From: a virus
Strand: one strand, 5' to 3'
Length of the DNA: 64,000 nt
IMG/VR virus record: IMGVR_UViG_3300046333_000120
The position numbers and the translations under genes are program-made. Below are positions 49,978 to 59,967 of this stretch, in pieces (the first letter of the stretch is position 1; each line of letters begins with the position of its first letter). The notes below the pieces were generated by a model, which saw only the letters and a list, made by a program, of their open reading frames with translations, searched no databases and was not told where the DNA came from.

Positions 49978-49981
49978 CAGT

Positions 49982-51094
49982 ATGATTGATAATGCAATTT
50001 TAGATAAACCCGTAAAAAGAATATGGATTCTTGGAGACATGCACTTAGGTGTTAGGTCTAATTCATTGGAGTGGTTAGAAATGCAGAAAGATTTCTACGA
50101 TAATCAATTTATTCCAACACTTCTTGAAAACTACGAAGATGGAGATATTTTAGTTCAAGTCGGAGATGCATTCGATAATAGACAAAGTATTAATATTAAA
50201 GTACTTCATTATTCGGTAGATCTTTTTGAAAGACTTGGTAAAATATTGCCAACCCACGTAATTTGCGGAAATCATGATATTTGGGCAAAGAAGAGTAATG
50301 AAGTAAGTTCTATTGATGCATTAAAATGGATTCCTAATGTTCAAATTTATAAGGAACCAAGGACATTTAATTGGGGTGGTAGAGAAATATTATTAATGCC
50401 ATGGAGAAGAGATACTCCACATGAAGTTGAAACTTTACAAGAATATCCAAAGGCAGAAATTGTATTTTGCCATTCAGAGGTTAGAGGTATTAAATTAAAT
50501 AGCAAAGTAGATAATCATCACGGTACTGATTCAGAATCATATGATAGATTTATTGCAGTTTATTCAGGACATATTCATTATAGACAACGCAGAGGAAAAC
50601 TTAGAATGGTAGGAACTCCATATGAATTAACTCGATCCGATATGGATAATATAAAAGGATTTGACCTGGTTAATTTAGAGGACATGCAAGAAACTTTCTT
50701 TGAAAATAGCATATCTCCTAAGTTTGTTAGATTTAATTTAACACAGTTATATAATGTGCCTCTAGGGGAGTTTAAAGAAAAGATTAGAAATAATTATGTA
50801 GATCTTTATGTTCCATCTAATATCGCAACAACATCTGCGTTATCTAGGCTTATAAATAAAATACAAAAAATAAGTAGAAAAATAGATCCAAACATATATG
50901 AGCAAGATTCGTATATTGACGGTGAAATGTATGATATGGAGCAAATTGAAGATCTTTATAAGAACTATAATATTTTGCATCTCTGTAATATTTATGTGGA
51001 TAGTTTATCGCATGATGAAAATACAAAGACACAAATAAAGGATAGATTAAAGAAACTTCATGACTTTCATGCATATAATAATCAAACAGATTAA
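49982..51094 (+). CDS. Mre11/SbcD-like nuclease (T4 gp47-like)
   Basis: GDMHLG, GDAFD, GNHD, CHSE, SGHIH. Confidence 0.9.
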   Translation: MIDNAILDKPVKRIWILGDMHLGVRSNSLEWLEMQKDFYDNQFIPTLLENYEDGDILVQVGDAFDNRQSINIKVLHYSVDLFERLGKILPTHVICGNHDIWAKKSNEVSSIDALKWIPNVQIYKEPRTFNWGGREILLMPWRRDTPHEVETLQEYPKAEIVFCHSEVRGIKLNSKVDNHHGTDSESYDRFIAVYSGHIHYRQRRGKLRMVGTPYELTRSDMDNIKGFDLVNLEDMQETFFENSISPKFVRFNLTQLYNVPLGEFKEKIRNNYVDLYVPSNIATTSALSRLINKIQKISRKIDPNIYEQDSYIDGEMYDMEQIEDLYKNYNILHLCNIYVDSLSHDENTKTQIKDRLKKLHDFHAYNNQTD

Positions 51095-51097
51095 TTT

Positions 51098-52771
51098 ATG
51101 AAAATACAAAGCATAGAATTAAAAAACTTTGCTTCTTACGGAAATAAGATTCAAAAGATTGAGTTTGACGAGGATAAATCAGAATTATTCCTAACTCTAG
51201 GAAAAAATGGAGAAGGTAAGACTACTATTGCTAACGCGATAGTTTTTGCCTTATATGGTAAAGTGGAAGGAGTTAAGATGTCAGATTTACCAAATAGAAT
51301 TAATAAAGAGCTATGGGTACGAATTAAATTACAATGCAAATCCACAACAGTTGTTATTGAAAGAGGACTTGCGCCTGGTATTTTTAAAGTATTATTAAAT
51401 GGAGTTGAATTCGACAAGGCAGGAAAGAAATCAGTACAAGATTATTTAGAAGAGGAAATATTTGGTATACCTTACCATGTATTTAAGAACATTATTATTC
51501 TATCAGTTAATGATTTTAAGTCTTTCTTAACAATGAGTAGTAATGATAAAAGACAAATCATTGATAAGATGTTTGGTTTCTCAATCATTAATGAAATGCA
51601 AACTGCAATCAAAGATGAACGAAGAGCACTGAAGAGTGATATTGATTTATTTACTAGAGAACTTAGTCAAATAAATGAAAATGTAGAATCTGTTAGAGAG
51701 AAATTAGAATTATTAATGGTTGAAAGCCAAGAAAAAGATAAGCAAAAAATACAAGAACTTAAAGATTCTCTTATTAAATATGATGAAAATAAAAAGAAAC
51801 TTGAAGATGCACAAATAAAAATAACAGAAAATCTTGGAAATTTTGCAACTGATTTACAAGTAAAGCAATCTACTGAATCTGAATTAAAATATAAACTGGC
51901 AGAACTTAGAAAGAAACTAGAACTTTATGAAAATAATACATGTCCAACATGTGAAAGTACGTTAAGTGGAGATTTCCATATTGAAAGAAAGGGTGAAATT
52001 GAAAATGAATTAGACACTATTCCTGAAAGATTAGAAAAAGTAACAATCGAGGTTGATGCTGTTAAAGAATCTATTATAGATTTAAGAACAAAGGATAGGG
52101 CAGTTAGAGATAAAGTATCAACATTAAATACAAATATACGAAATTTTAAAAATGAATTGTTAAGAATTAAAGATGCAATTCAAGGTACTGCTGATTTTTC
52201 GCATCTTGAACAAATTATAAAAGATTTCGAAATTCAAGAAAAACAAAAGGAAATATCTAAAGATGAAAAATCAAATGACTATGTATTTCTAGAAATGATA
52301 GAAGAGGTTCTTGGAGAAGATGGAGTTAAAAATCTTGCAATCAAAACTATTTTACCAGGATTAAATGCAAATATTGCAGTAATGGTACAGACAATGCACC
52401 TTCACTTTCATATTCGATTTGATGAGAAATTTAATTGTATTATTAATCATTTAGGCGAGGAAATTAATCCAATGACTCTTTCCACAGGAGAACGTAAAAA
52501 GGCAGATTTTATTATTATTATTGCAATAATAAAAATTCTTAAGTTAAGATTCCCTCAATTAAACCTATTATTTTTAGATGAGTTGTTAAGTTCAGTTGAT
52601 GCTGATGGAATTCATAACATACTTAAGATCTTAAGCCAGGTTATAAAAGAGAGTAAGATAAATACATTTGTAATTAATCACACTCCATTACCAAGAGAAA
52701 TCTTTGATGCAGAGGTACAAATATACAGAGAGAATGGATTTTCCAAATTTGATGTAATAAAAATAGATTAA
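51098..52771 (+). CDS. Rad50/SbcC-like ATPase (T4 gp46-like)
   Basis: GKNGEGKT, zinc hook CPTC, LSTGE, LLFLDE. Confidence 0.9.
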   Translation: MKIQSIELKNFASYGNKIQKIEFDEDKSELFLTLGKNGEGKTTIANAIVFALYGKVEGVKMSDLPNRINKELWVRIKLQCKSTTVVIERGLAPGIFKVLLNGVEFDKAGKKSVQDYLEEEIFGIPYHVFKNIIILSVNDFKSFLTMSSNDKRQIIDKMFGFSIINEMQTAIKDERRALKSDIDLFTRELSQINENVESVREKLELLMVESQEKDKQKIQELKDSLIKYDENKKKLEDAQIKITENLGNFATDLQVKQSTESELKYKLAELRKKLELYENNTCPTCESTLSGDFHIERKGEIENELDTIPERLEKVTIEVDAVKESIIDLRTKDRAVRDKVSTLNTNIRNFKNELLRIKDAIQGTADFSHLEQIIKDFEIQEKQKEISKDEKSNDYVFLEMIEEVLGEDGVKNLAIKTILPGLNANIAVMVQTMHLHFHIRFDEKFNCIINHLGEEINPMTLSTGERKKADFIIIIAIIKILKLRFPQLNLLFLDELLSSVDADGIHNILKILSQVIKESKINTFVINHTPLPREIFDAEVQIYRENGFSKFDVIKID

Positions 52772-52795
52772 GATATATAAAAATAAAAGATATCA

Positions 52796-53605
52796 ATGGC
52801 ATCATATAACCAGAAATTTAATGGAGACGATAGTGTGATAAGACACCTAATCATTGGATTTCTTGCTGATTTAAATAACAAAGTATATTTTCACAGACAA
52901 CTTTCAAATGATGAAAGAGTTATAGTGGATGTTCCTTTCTATTATTCGATATCAGGAGACGATCAATTCCTTAGAGATCAATTTTTATTTTCTACAGCAA
53001 GTGGACCAGATTGTTCGCCTGACAAAGGATTTGCAGATGGAAATTATGATTCAATTCCAAGAGGAGTTGCTAATCTAACATCAATGTCAATAGACTCAGG
53101 TAAACTTGTTAATAAAAGAACAACTGGAAGTTACACTAAAATGAATGCAGAAGGAGCAATGGAAGGTTACACTGCAGAATTTGATATGATTCCAATTACC
53201 ATGGGATTTGATATTGAAATATTGGTATCTTCTACACTGGATTCTTTTAAAATAACAGAATCAATTATCAAAAGGTTATATAAGTCAAACTATTTTAATG
53301 TAGAAGTTGGACATTTAAATGAAGGTACATACCGAATTGCATCTTATTATGCATTCCCAGAGGATTACACACAAGAAAGACCAATTGATTATACATTTGA
53401 AGATAAGGATCAATATAAAATAACATTTGCAATAGAGGTAAATTCATTTATACCTTCATTTGCATGGGGTAATGAGGCAGGGGTTGGTACTACTGAACGA
53501 CATGTTGCAAATCGAATGTTTAGTATACAAAGTAATGCTATTAATACTAATGCTAATCAATATAATATCAGGAACATCGATGAAACTGATATTGATAATA
53601 GATAA
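52796..53605 (+). CDS. Tail sheath terminator/completion protein (T4 gp15-like)
   Basis: 'DSVIRHLIIGFLADLNN...RQL...VDVPFYYS' parallels the gp15 N-terminus; late motif at 52772-80. Confidence 0.65.
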   Translation: MASYNQKFNGDDSVIRHLIIGFLADLNNKVYFHRQLSNDERVIVDVPFYYSISGDDQFLRDQFLFSTASGPDCSPDKGFADGNYDSIPRGVANLTSMSIDSGKLVNKRTTGSYTKMNAEGAMEGYTAEFDMIPITMGFDIEILVSSTLDSFKITESIIKRLYKSNYFNVEVGHLNEGTYRIASYYAFPEDYTQERPIDYTFEDKDQYKITFAIEVNSFIPSFAWGNEAGVGTTERHVANRMFSIQSNAINTNANQYNIRNIDETDIDNR

Positions 53606-53652
53606 CGCTATCAAAATAAAGGATATATAATAAAAGAAATAAATTAAACAAT

Positions 53653-54414
53653 ATGACAACTAACATTCTTGCACCATTCGCAAAAGTAGAAGAGTCTTTT
53701 CAATTTTATGTAAATGGAAGAGTCTTTGAAATGAATAACAATGAAATTAAGGAAGTTGAAGTTTTAACTAACTCAACACTAATCAATGCTATTAATGCAT
53801 TTGAATCTTTTGAATTTTCTAATGATTCTATTAAATGGTTCCATGGACCAAGTAAATTTATTTACAATTTAATAGAAAGTAAATTCCAACATAACACTAT
53901 GTTAATTGAAGGAAGCACATTCTCAAATCATGTTTTAGCAGCAGGATTGGTAAGATATAATGAAAAAGCAAAGGCTGATTTATTTGAATCTATTCCATCA
54001 TTACTTGAAAATTTTGTAAATTTAGATTTTGCAGCATCATTCAAAGGAAATAATATTAATGTAGAATTATTTAAAATTGAAGAATCTATATTTGTTGCTC
54101 GTCTTAATAATGAAACAAGAATTTCTAAATTCTTTAAGGCTGTAAATGCAAATGAAGCATTAGAGTATGTAATGAATGAAACTGGTGAATCAGCACATTC
54201 TTTCTTAAAATCTTTATTAGAAGGAGAAGAAGCTGGTATTGCTGAAAAACAAGAAAAAATTGAAACCTACGAATCAATGATTGCTTTCTTAAAAGACCAA
54301 AAAGGTTTATTATCTGAGTCAGATAGAAATCATGAGATAATTAAAGAAGCTGAAGGGTTAATTAATACTGAAATTAAAGAATGGGAATCTAAAATTGCAG
54401 ATTTAAATGCATAA
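53653..54414 (+). CDS. Hypothetical late protein, 253 aa
   Basis: Late motif at 53622-30; C-terminal coiled coil. Confidence 0.5.
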   Translation: MTTNILAPFAKVEESFQFYVNGRVFEMNNNEIKEVEVLTNSTLINAINAFESFEFSNDSIKWFHGPSKFIYNLIESKFQHNTMLIEGSTFSNHVLAAGLVRYNEKAKADLFESIPSLLENFVNLDFAASFKGNNINVELFKIEESIFVARLNNETRISKFFKAVNANEALEYVMNETGESAHSFLKSLLEGEEAGIAEKQEKIETYESMIAFLKDQKGLLSESDRNHEIIKEAEGLINTEIKEWESKIADLNA

Positions 54415-54433
54415 TATTTTACCAAATTAAATT

Positions 54434-54461
54434 AAAAAGGGTCGTTTACGTCCCTTTTTTT
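54434..54461 (+). terminator. Intrinsic terminator
   Basis: AAAAAGGGtCG-ttta-CGtCCCTTTTT. Confidence 0.65.
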
Positions 54462-54489
54462 ATGCCTTATTTTCACAAGGTATTAAGAA

Positions 54490-54518
54490 TGAAACAAACC
54501 TTATATTTCTTATATAAT
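54490..54518 (+). promoter_or_regulatory. TGAAAC-N17-TATAAT promoter for the late sigma gene
   Basis: Motif match. Confidence 0.65.
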
Positions 54519-54542
54519 TTCTAACAATTAAACAAATTAAAA

Positions 54543-54917
54543 GTGGCTAAAACTAAAAACTATTTAAACAATAAGGATTTGCATACGGCAATGTCTGAAT
54601 CTAAGGATTTAGGAGAATTGACCCCTATCGCGCAAAAAATGTTAATATTACTAGCTGAACGTGCAATTAATAAAATGTCATATGTTAATAACGATGATAG
54701 ACAAGATTGCTTACAATTTGCAATATTAGATTTATTAAAATATTGGAGAAATTTTAATCCAGATTATCCAAATGCATTTGCGTATTTTACAGAGATTGCA
54801 AAGAGAGGATATGCAAAGGGATGGAATAAAATTCATCCATTAAAATATAAAGGAACTATTTCAATTGATAGTACTTCATCTAGTGGAGAAGATGGCAGTG
54901 GAATTTATACAATATAA
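54543..54917 (+). CDS. Late sigma factor (T4 gp55-like), short form
   Basis: 'NYLNNKDL', 'LLKYWRNFNPDYPNAFAYFTEIA'; GTG start. Confidence 0.8.
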   Translation: MAKTKNYLNNKDLHTAMSESKDLGELTPIAQKMLILLAERAINKMSYVNNDDRQDCLQFAILDLLKYWRNFNPDYPNAFAYFTEIAKRGYAKGWNKIHPLKYKGTISIDSTSSSGEDGSGIYTI

Positions 54918-55405
54918 TGTCAATTAAAAACATCAAACCAACAAAAAACTCAGGATTTAATCAAGGTTATTTTAACCCAAAGAATCCTGAAAAATATGCA
55001 GGACCATCTCCTATTATATATAGAAGCTCCTGGGAATATAAGTTTATGATATGGTGTGATATTAATGACAAGGTTTTAGTGTGGTCAAGTGAACCTGTTG
55101 AAATCAAATATTGGTCTAGACAGGGAGATAAGCAACGAAAGTATTATCCTGATTTTTATTTTAAAATATTAAAACAGGATGGAAGTACTGAAGAATTTCT
55201 AGCTGAAATAAAACCAAAGGCTCAAATACAAAAGCCACAAATTCCAACAAAAATGTCTAAAAAAGCAATTGAATCCTATAAATTTCTTGCAGAACAGTAT
55301 GTAAAAAATATGGATAAATATAATGCAGCTAAGCAATACGCAGTTGAAAGGAACTGGAAATTCATAGTTCTTACCGAAGATACTATTAAAAATGGGTTAC
55401 GTTAA
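54917..55405 (+). CDS. Head completion nuclease (T4 gp4/TnsA-like)
   Basis: 'PKNPEKYAG', 'YRSSWE', 'WSSEP', 'YYPDF', 'EIKP'. Confidence 0.85.
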   Translation: MSIKNIKPTKNSGFNQGYFNPKNPEKYAGPSPIIYRSSWEYKFMIWCDINDKVLVWSSEPVEIKYWSRQGDKQRKYYPDFYFKILKQDGSTEEFLAEIKPKAQIQKPQIPTKMSKKAIESYKFLAEQYVKNMDKYNAAKQYAVERNWKFIVLTEDTIKNGLR

Positions 55406-55991
55406 AAAACGAATAAATGAACTTTCAAAAGAACATGGAGGAAAGATAAAGGCCTCCAGTTTTTGTGAGAACTGGTTTGAAGAGTCTCTTAAGGATAGAA
55501 AGATAATAGAATCACAAATCACCAGAACTCGATTTCAAGCAGGAAAGATTTATGTATTTGGATATATGCCAAAATATAAAGATGAGCTTCCATGGTTTGA
55601 TCAGAATCCAGTTGTCCTAGCAATAGAACAAATAGGTGGAAACGATTTCGGAGTTAATTTAAATTTATTGCCAGTTCCAGTAAAGGAACAATTATTGGAT
55701 GATTTATATTCAAGACTAGGAGGACCTATGCTTGCTACATCTAAAGAAAAATCAAATCCATTGAGAGAAAAACCCTTGAGAATAACATACCAAGGAATGA
55801 AAGCTTATTTAGAAAAACATGGATGTGATTTTGCATTAAGACAATATATACCATCTAGAAAAATAAATCAGGCAGTTGTAAGTTATTCTAAATGGCCTGA
55901 AATCGCATTGTGTAATTTTATGGAATTAAATGGCACGAATTATATGCAAATCAGAATACAATTTAATGACTATTTTAAAAAGAATATATAA
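55392..55991 (+). CDS. DNA end-protector protein (T4 gp2-like)
   Basis: 'GKIYVFGYMPKYKDELPWFDQNPVVL', 'GVNLNLLP', 'ALRQY'. Confidence 0.75.
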   Translation: MGYVKKRINELSKEHGGKIKASSFCENWFEESLKDRKIIESQITRTRFQAGKIYVFGYMPKYKDELPWFDQNPVVLAIEQIGGNDFGVNLNLLPVPVKEQLLDDLYSRLGGPMLATSKEKSNPLREKPLRITYQGMKAYLEKHGCDFALRQYIPSRKINQAVVSYSKWPEIALCNFMELNGTNYMQIRIQFNDYFKKNI

Positions 55992-56013
55992 CTAAAATTA
56001 ATATTATAATATA

Positions 56014-57615
56014 ATGGCAGGATTCGTACAAAGAAATGGACCATTGAGTACAAACAAAATACCATTTAAACTAAGTGATACACTAAAGAAGTTATCTTCT
56101 TTTGGAATGTATTACGATGATTTGGTACTTAGACAATCACAGGCAATTGGACCAGTAGAGGATGCTTTTGGATATGGTGGAATGAATCCACTGGGACTGG
56201 ATAGTGATGATATGTATGGTGCATTTGCAGCTCTTTCAATGGCTGATACCACAATGCGTAAAAATATACCATTCTTTGACCAAAACTATAAAGGTAAAAG
56301 AGAGGAACTTAGAAAATTTTCGCAACATGATGAAATTGAAGACATCTTAGATATTCTTTGTGATGAAACCATTGTATTCGATAATAAAAACTTTATAGCC
56401 AATCCTGAAATTATTGGTATGGAAGTTTCTGAAGAGGTACAAAAATATCTTAATAAAGCATACAGAGACATCTATCAATATTTTGGATTTGCGGCAGATC
56501 AATCTGCATGGTATTTTTTTAGAAAATGGTTAATTGATGGTTATCTTTCATTCGAGATTATTTACAATCCAGAAATGAGTGAAATTATTGGTTTCAAAGA
56601 AATTGACCCAATAACATTAGTACCAGGATATAACCATGAAGATGGTAAGAAAGTTTGGATTCAGTTTAAAGATGATCCAATGAAAGAGAGAAAATTATAT
56701 GATTCTCAAATTATATACATTTCTTACTCTTCGATTACTACAGCATCAAGGGTTTCTTACCTTGAAAGATTAGTTCGTTCATTTAACTTAATGAGAATCA
56801 TGGAACATACCAGAGTTATTTGGGCTGTTACAAATTCATCTTATAGAATGAAATTTATTATTCCAGTTGGAGGTAAATCAAAAACTAGAGCAAAACAATC
56901 TCTTTCTCAATTAATGGGTAACTACAAGGAAGTTGTAGATTTTGATTGGGACAGTGCATCTCTGACAACAAACGGAAAACCTATGTTACAATTCAACAAG
57001 GAATATTGGTTACCTAGCAAGGACGGTGAACAACCTGAGATTGAAACATTAGGAGGTGAAGGACCAGAATTAAGTGATACCGAATCATTAAAATATTTCT
57101 CAGATAAACTTAAAGCAGTTTCTAAAATTCCATACTCTAGATTTATGTATGAAGATGGCGGTGGAGATTTTGCAATGGAAGCCGATGGAATGATTAGAGA
57201 TGAAATTAAATTTGCTAAATTCATCAATAGATTGCGTAGTTCATTCCAAGAAATATTAGTTAAACCATTATGGTTACAAATGTGTCTTAAATATCCTGAA
57301 TTTAAAGATGACCCAGGATTTAAAACTCAAATCGCATTAAGATATAATGAGGAAAACATGTTTGCTGAATTAAAGCAAATGGAAATCATGAGTAAAAGAC
57401 TTGATTTCATTGGAACTATGAAAGATTCTCTTGTTAAAACTGACCCAATTACCATGGAAGAAACTCCATACTTTGATATGGAATTCTTAGTTGACAGATA
57501 TTTAAAATTATCACCAGATGATAAAGCTGCAAATGAAGCATACAAGTCAAGAACAGCAGCAGCAAAGGCAGCTGAACCTGAAACTGAAGATCCAATGGCA
57601 GCAATGGGAATGTAA
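56014..57615 (+). CDS. Portal protein (T4 gp20-like)
   Basis: 'FRKWLIDG', 'SYLER..RSFNLMRIME', 'YWLP..DG...EIETLGG', 'RDEIKFAKFINRLR'. Confidence 0.9.
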   Translation: MAGFVQRNGPLSTNKIPFKLSDTLKKLSSFGMYYDDLVLRQSQAIGPVEDAFGYGGMNPLGLDSDDMYGAFAALSMADTTMRKNIPFFDQNYKGKREELRKFSQHDEIEDILDILCDETIVFDNKNFIANPEIIGMEVSEEVQKYLNKAYRDIYQYFGFAADQSAWYFFRKWLIDGYLSFEIIYNPEMSEIIGFKEIDPITLVPGYNHEDGKKVWIQFKDDPMKERKLYDSQIIYISYSSITTASRVSYLERLVRSFNLMRIMEHTRVIWAVTNSSYRMKFIIPVGGKSKTRAKQSLSQLMGNYKEVVDFDWDSASLTTNGKPMLQFNKEYWLPSKDGEQPEIETLGGEGPELSDTESLKYFSDKLKAVSKIPYSRFMYEDGGGDFAMEADGMIRDEIKFAKFINRLRSSFQEILVKPLWLQMCLKYPEFKDDPGFKTQIALRYNEENMFAELKQMEIMSKRLDFIGTMKDSLVKTDPITMEETPYFDMEFLVDRYLKLSPDDKAANEAYKSRTAAAKAAEPETEDPMAAMGM

Positions 57616-57637
57616 TTAAATAAAAACAAAAATAAAA

Positions 57638-57988
57638 ATGAAAATAATTAAAACATTCGAAGAATTTACAGGTTCATTGCAGGAAGATGCAATTGACGCC
57701 GGCGAAGATTCAAAGGTAGTGGTTGATGATGTATCATTAGATTCAGGTAAAGAAATTAAATCTACTGAAATTTTAGGAGCTATATTATCTTCTAAAACTG
57801 AAAAAGAATTTAAAGAATATTTCTATGATAATTATGGAAATGGTGCATTTACTGAAGAAGATCTTTTTACTTTAACTAAATTTTATACAGATTACCAAGA
57901 GGAAATCAATACAAAAGAAAAAGAAGAAGAAAAAGATAAAAAAGAAAAAGATAGTGGAGATAAAGAAGACCCACTAGCAGGACTATAA
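57638..57988 (+). CDS. Acidic prohead core-like protein with targeting leader
   Basis: Lies between portal and protease (gp67/68 position); starts MKIIKTFEEF. Confidence 0.5.
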   Translation: MKIIKTFEEFTGSLQEDAIDAGEDSKVVVDDVSLDSGKEIKSTEILGAILSSKTEKEFKEYFYDNYGNGAFTEEDLFTLTKFYTDYQEEINTKEKEEEKDKKEKDSGDKEDPLAGL

Positions 57989-58047
57989 CTTTAATTTTTT
58001 CACAAAATTAAAGTGATATATAATAGAAATATAATAAAATAATAATT

Positions 58048-59796
58048 ATGACTAAAAACTTACTGATCCTAGAAAGATCGTCTACGGAGTTAGAGTTTAA
58101 ACAAGATGGTGGGACCTATGTTCTAGAAGGTATCTTTGGAGAAATCGATAAGAAAAATCGTAATAACCGAATTTATACAGAAGATGAGTATCTTCCACAG
58201 ATTGAAGCTCTACAGGCAAAAATTAAATCTTCAAAATTATTAGGTGAATTAGACCACCCAAGTAACTTTGATGTTTCGCTTAAAAATGTTTCGCATATCA
58301 TCGAAGAACTTACTTATGATAAAGATACTAAACAAGTTAAAGGACGTATTCGATTACTAGATACGGATGCTGGAAGACAGGCAAAAGCTCTTGTTGATGC
58401 GGGAGTTCCTTTACAAATTTCAAGTAGAGCTGCAGGCGCAGTTGAATCTAATGGAACTGTAAAAATCAAACAATTATTTACTTATGATTTAGTGGCAGAT
58501 CCTGGGTTTGAGAATGCTGAATTAAAAAGAGTTAATGAGTCTTATGGATTTATTAATGAAGGAAACGACCTATTTATTTACGAGATAAATAATACAAATG
58601 AAAAACAAACAATCGAAAATATAAACGAAACAAAAATGGCAGAGTCAAAATTCATTACGACCGAGGATTTTAACAAGTACTCTAAATATCTTTCTGAAGA
58701 AATTAAATCTATTAAAGAAGGTATGAATTCTTTAACAGAATCAGAGTCAAACAGTTCTCAATTAGAATCATTAAAAGAATACACAGATTATTTAGCTAAG
58801 AAATTAGATGAATCAATTACATATTCAGAACACATTGCTGAAAAAGCAGATCAAGGTATTGCTTACTCAGAAAAACTTGCTGAAACTATGGATAATTCTA
58901 TTCAATATTCAGAGCACATCGCAGAAAGTGTTGAAGCTATTAAAAACTACACTAACTATTTAGCTGAATCTTATAATGAAGGTTCTACTTCTTATGATAA
59001 CTTAATTAAATATACTGAATATTTAAGAGAGAACTTAGAGAAAGTAACTGAATATGCTGAATATGTTGCAGAAACTGTAAACTCTAACTTATTATTAGAA
59101 GATGAAGCAGGTATTCCAGCTGAAGATATTAAAGATGAAACTGAAGATGTTTCTCCTGATGTAGTTGATGCGGATGGTAATAAATATGATTCTGAAGAAG
59201 TTGAAAATAAAGAAGGTGACTTAGAGCTTAAAGGTGAAGGTGATGCTGCTGGTAAAGACGTTGATGCTATGGAAGCTTACAAAAATTCAATCTCTTCTAA
59301 ATTAGAAGCATTAGTTGAAAAAGTTAACGCTAAGAAAAATGAAGGACCAACATTCTTTAAATTTATTTCTGAAGAAAAGGTAAATGAATTTAATTCATTA
59401 AATGAAGAAGAAAAAACTAAAATTGTAAATGCAATTGAAGGTAAAGGTTATTTAACAGAAGGACAAATCCTAGGATTATGGGCTAATTCATTAATGGGTG
59501 CAGTTCAAACACCAAGTACTCTTCCTGTTATTTCAATGATGCCTACTGAATACCATTCAACTTGGACTAAATTATCTGAAGGTAAAAAACACCAAATAAT
59601 GGCACAAGCTAAAATGGTTAAATTAGAAACAGCATATCAAGTTGCAAACTTCTGGCAAACAAGAGACCTTAGAGAATCTGCTCCAGTTTTAGAAAAAATA
59701 TCAATGATTAATGAAGCTGCTCCAGTAGAAGTTAAAACTATTGGATATGATACTACTGATATTGCAGAACAAATTGCAAAAAGATTTAAAAAATAA
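58048..59796 (+). CDS. Prohead protease (gp21-like) fused to scaffold (gp22-like)
   Basis: 'LEGIF', 'NRNNRIY', 'LGELDHP', 'ISSRAAG', 'YDLVADP'; then 14-residue Y(S/T)E(H/Y)(I/L)AE coiled-coil repeats; late motif at 58015-23. Confidence 0.85.
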   Translation: MTKNLLILERSSTELEFKQDGGTYVLEGIFGEIDKKNRNNRIYTEDEYLPQIEALQAKIKSSKLLGELDHPSNFDVSLKNVSHIIEELTYDKDTKQVKGRIRLLDTDAGRQAKALVDAGVPLQISSRAAGAVESNGTVKIKQLFTYDLVADPGFENAELKRVNESYGFINEGNDLFIYEINNTNEKQTIENINETKMAESKFITTEDFNKYSKYLSEEIKSIKEGMNSLTESESNSSQLESLKEYTDYLAKKLDESITYSEHIAEKADQGIAYSEKLAETMDNSIQYSEHIAESVEAIKNYTNYLAESYNEGSTSYDNLIKYTEYLRENLEKVTEYAEYVAETVNSNLLLEDEAGIPAEDIKDETEDVSPDVVDADGNKYDSEEVENKEGDLELKGEGDAAGKDVDAMEAYKNSISSKLEALVEKVNAKKNEGPTFFKFISEEKVNEFNSLNEEEKTKIVNAIEGKGYLTEGQILGLWANSLMGAVQTPSTLPVISMMPTEYHSTWTKLSEGKKHQIMAQAKMVKLETAYQVANFWQTRDLRESAPVLEKISMINEAAPVEVKTIGYDTTDIAEQIAKRFKK

Positions 59797-59846
59797 TATA
59801 AATTTCATTATTTTTTGATTTTTTTAAAAAAGTCACAAATAATAAG

Positions 59847-59855
59847 GATATATAA
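59847..59855 (+). promoter_or_regulatory. Late promoter for the major capsid gene
   Basis: GATATATAA followed by a roughly 110-nt leader. Confidence 0.6.
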
Positions 59856-59967
59856 TAATATTAAAACATATTCGATCATCAGTTAAGAAGCAGAAAACTG
59901 AAATTATATCGAAAACTCGTAAAATACGAAAATAATAAAAACCATTAAAAAAATAAATTAAACAAAA

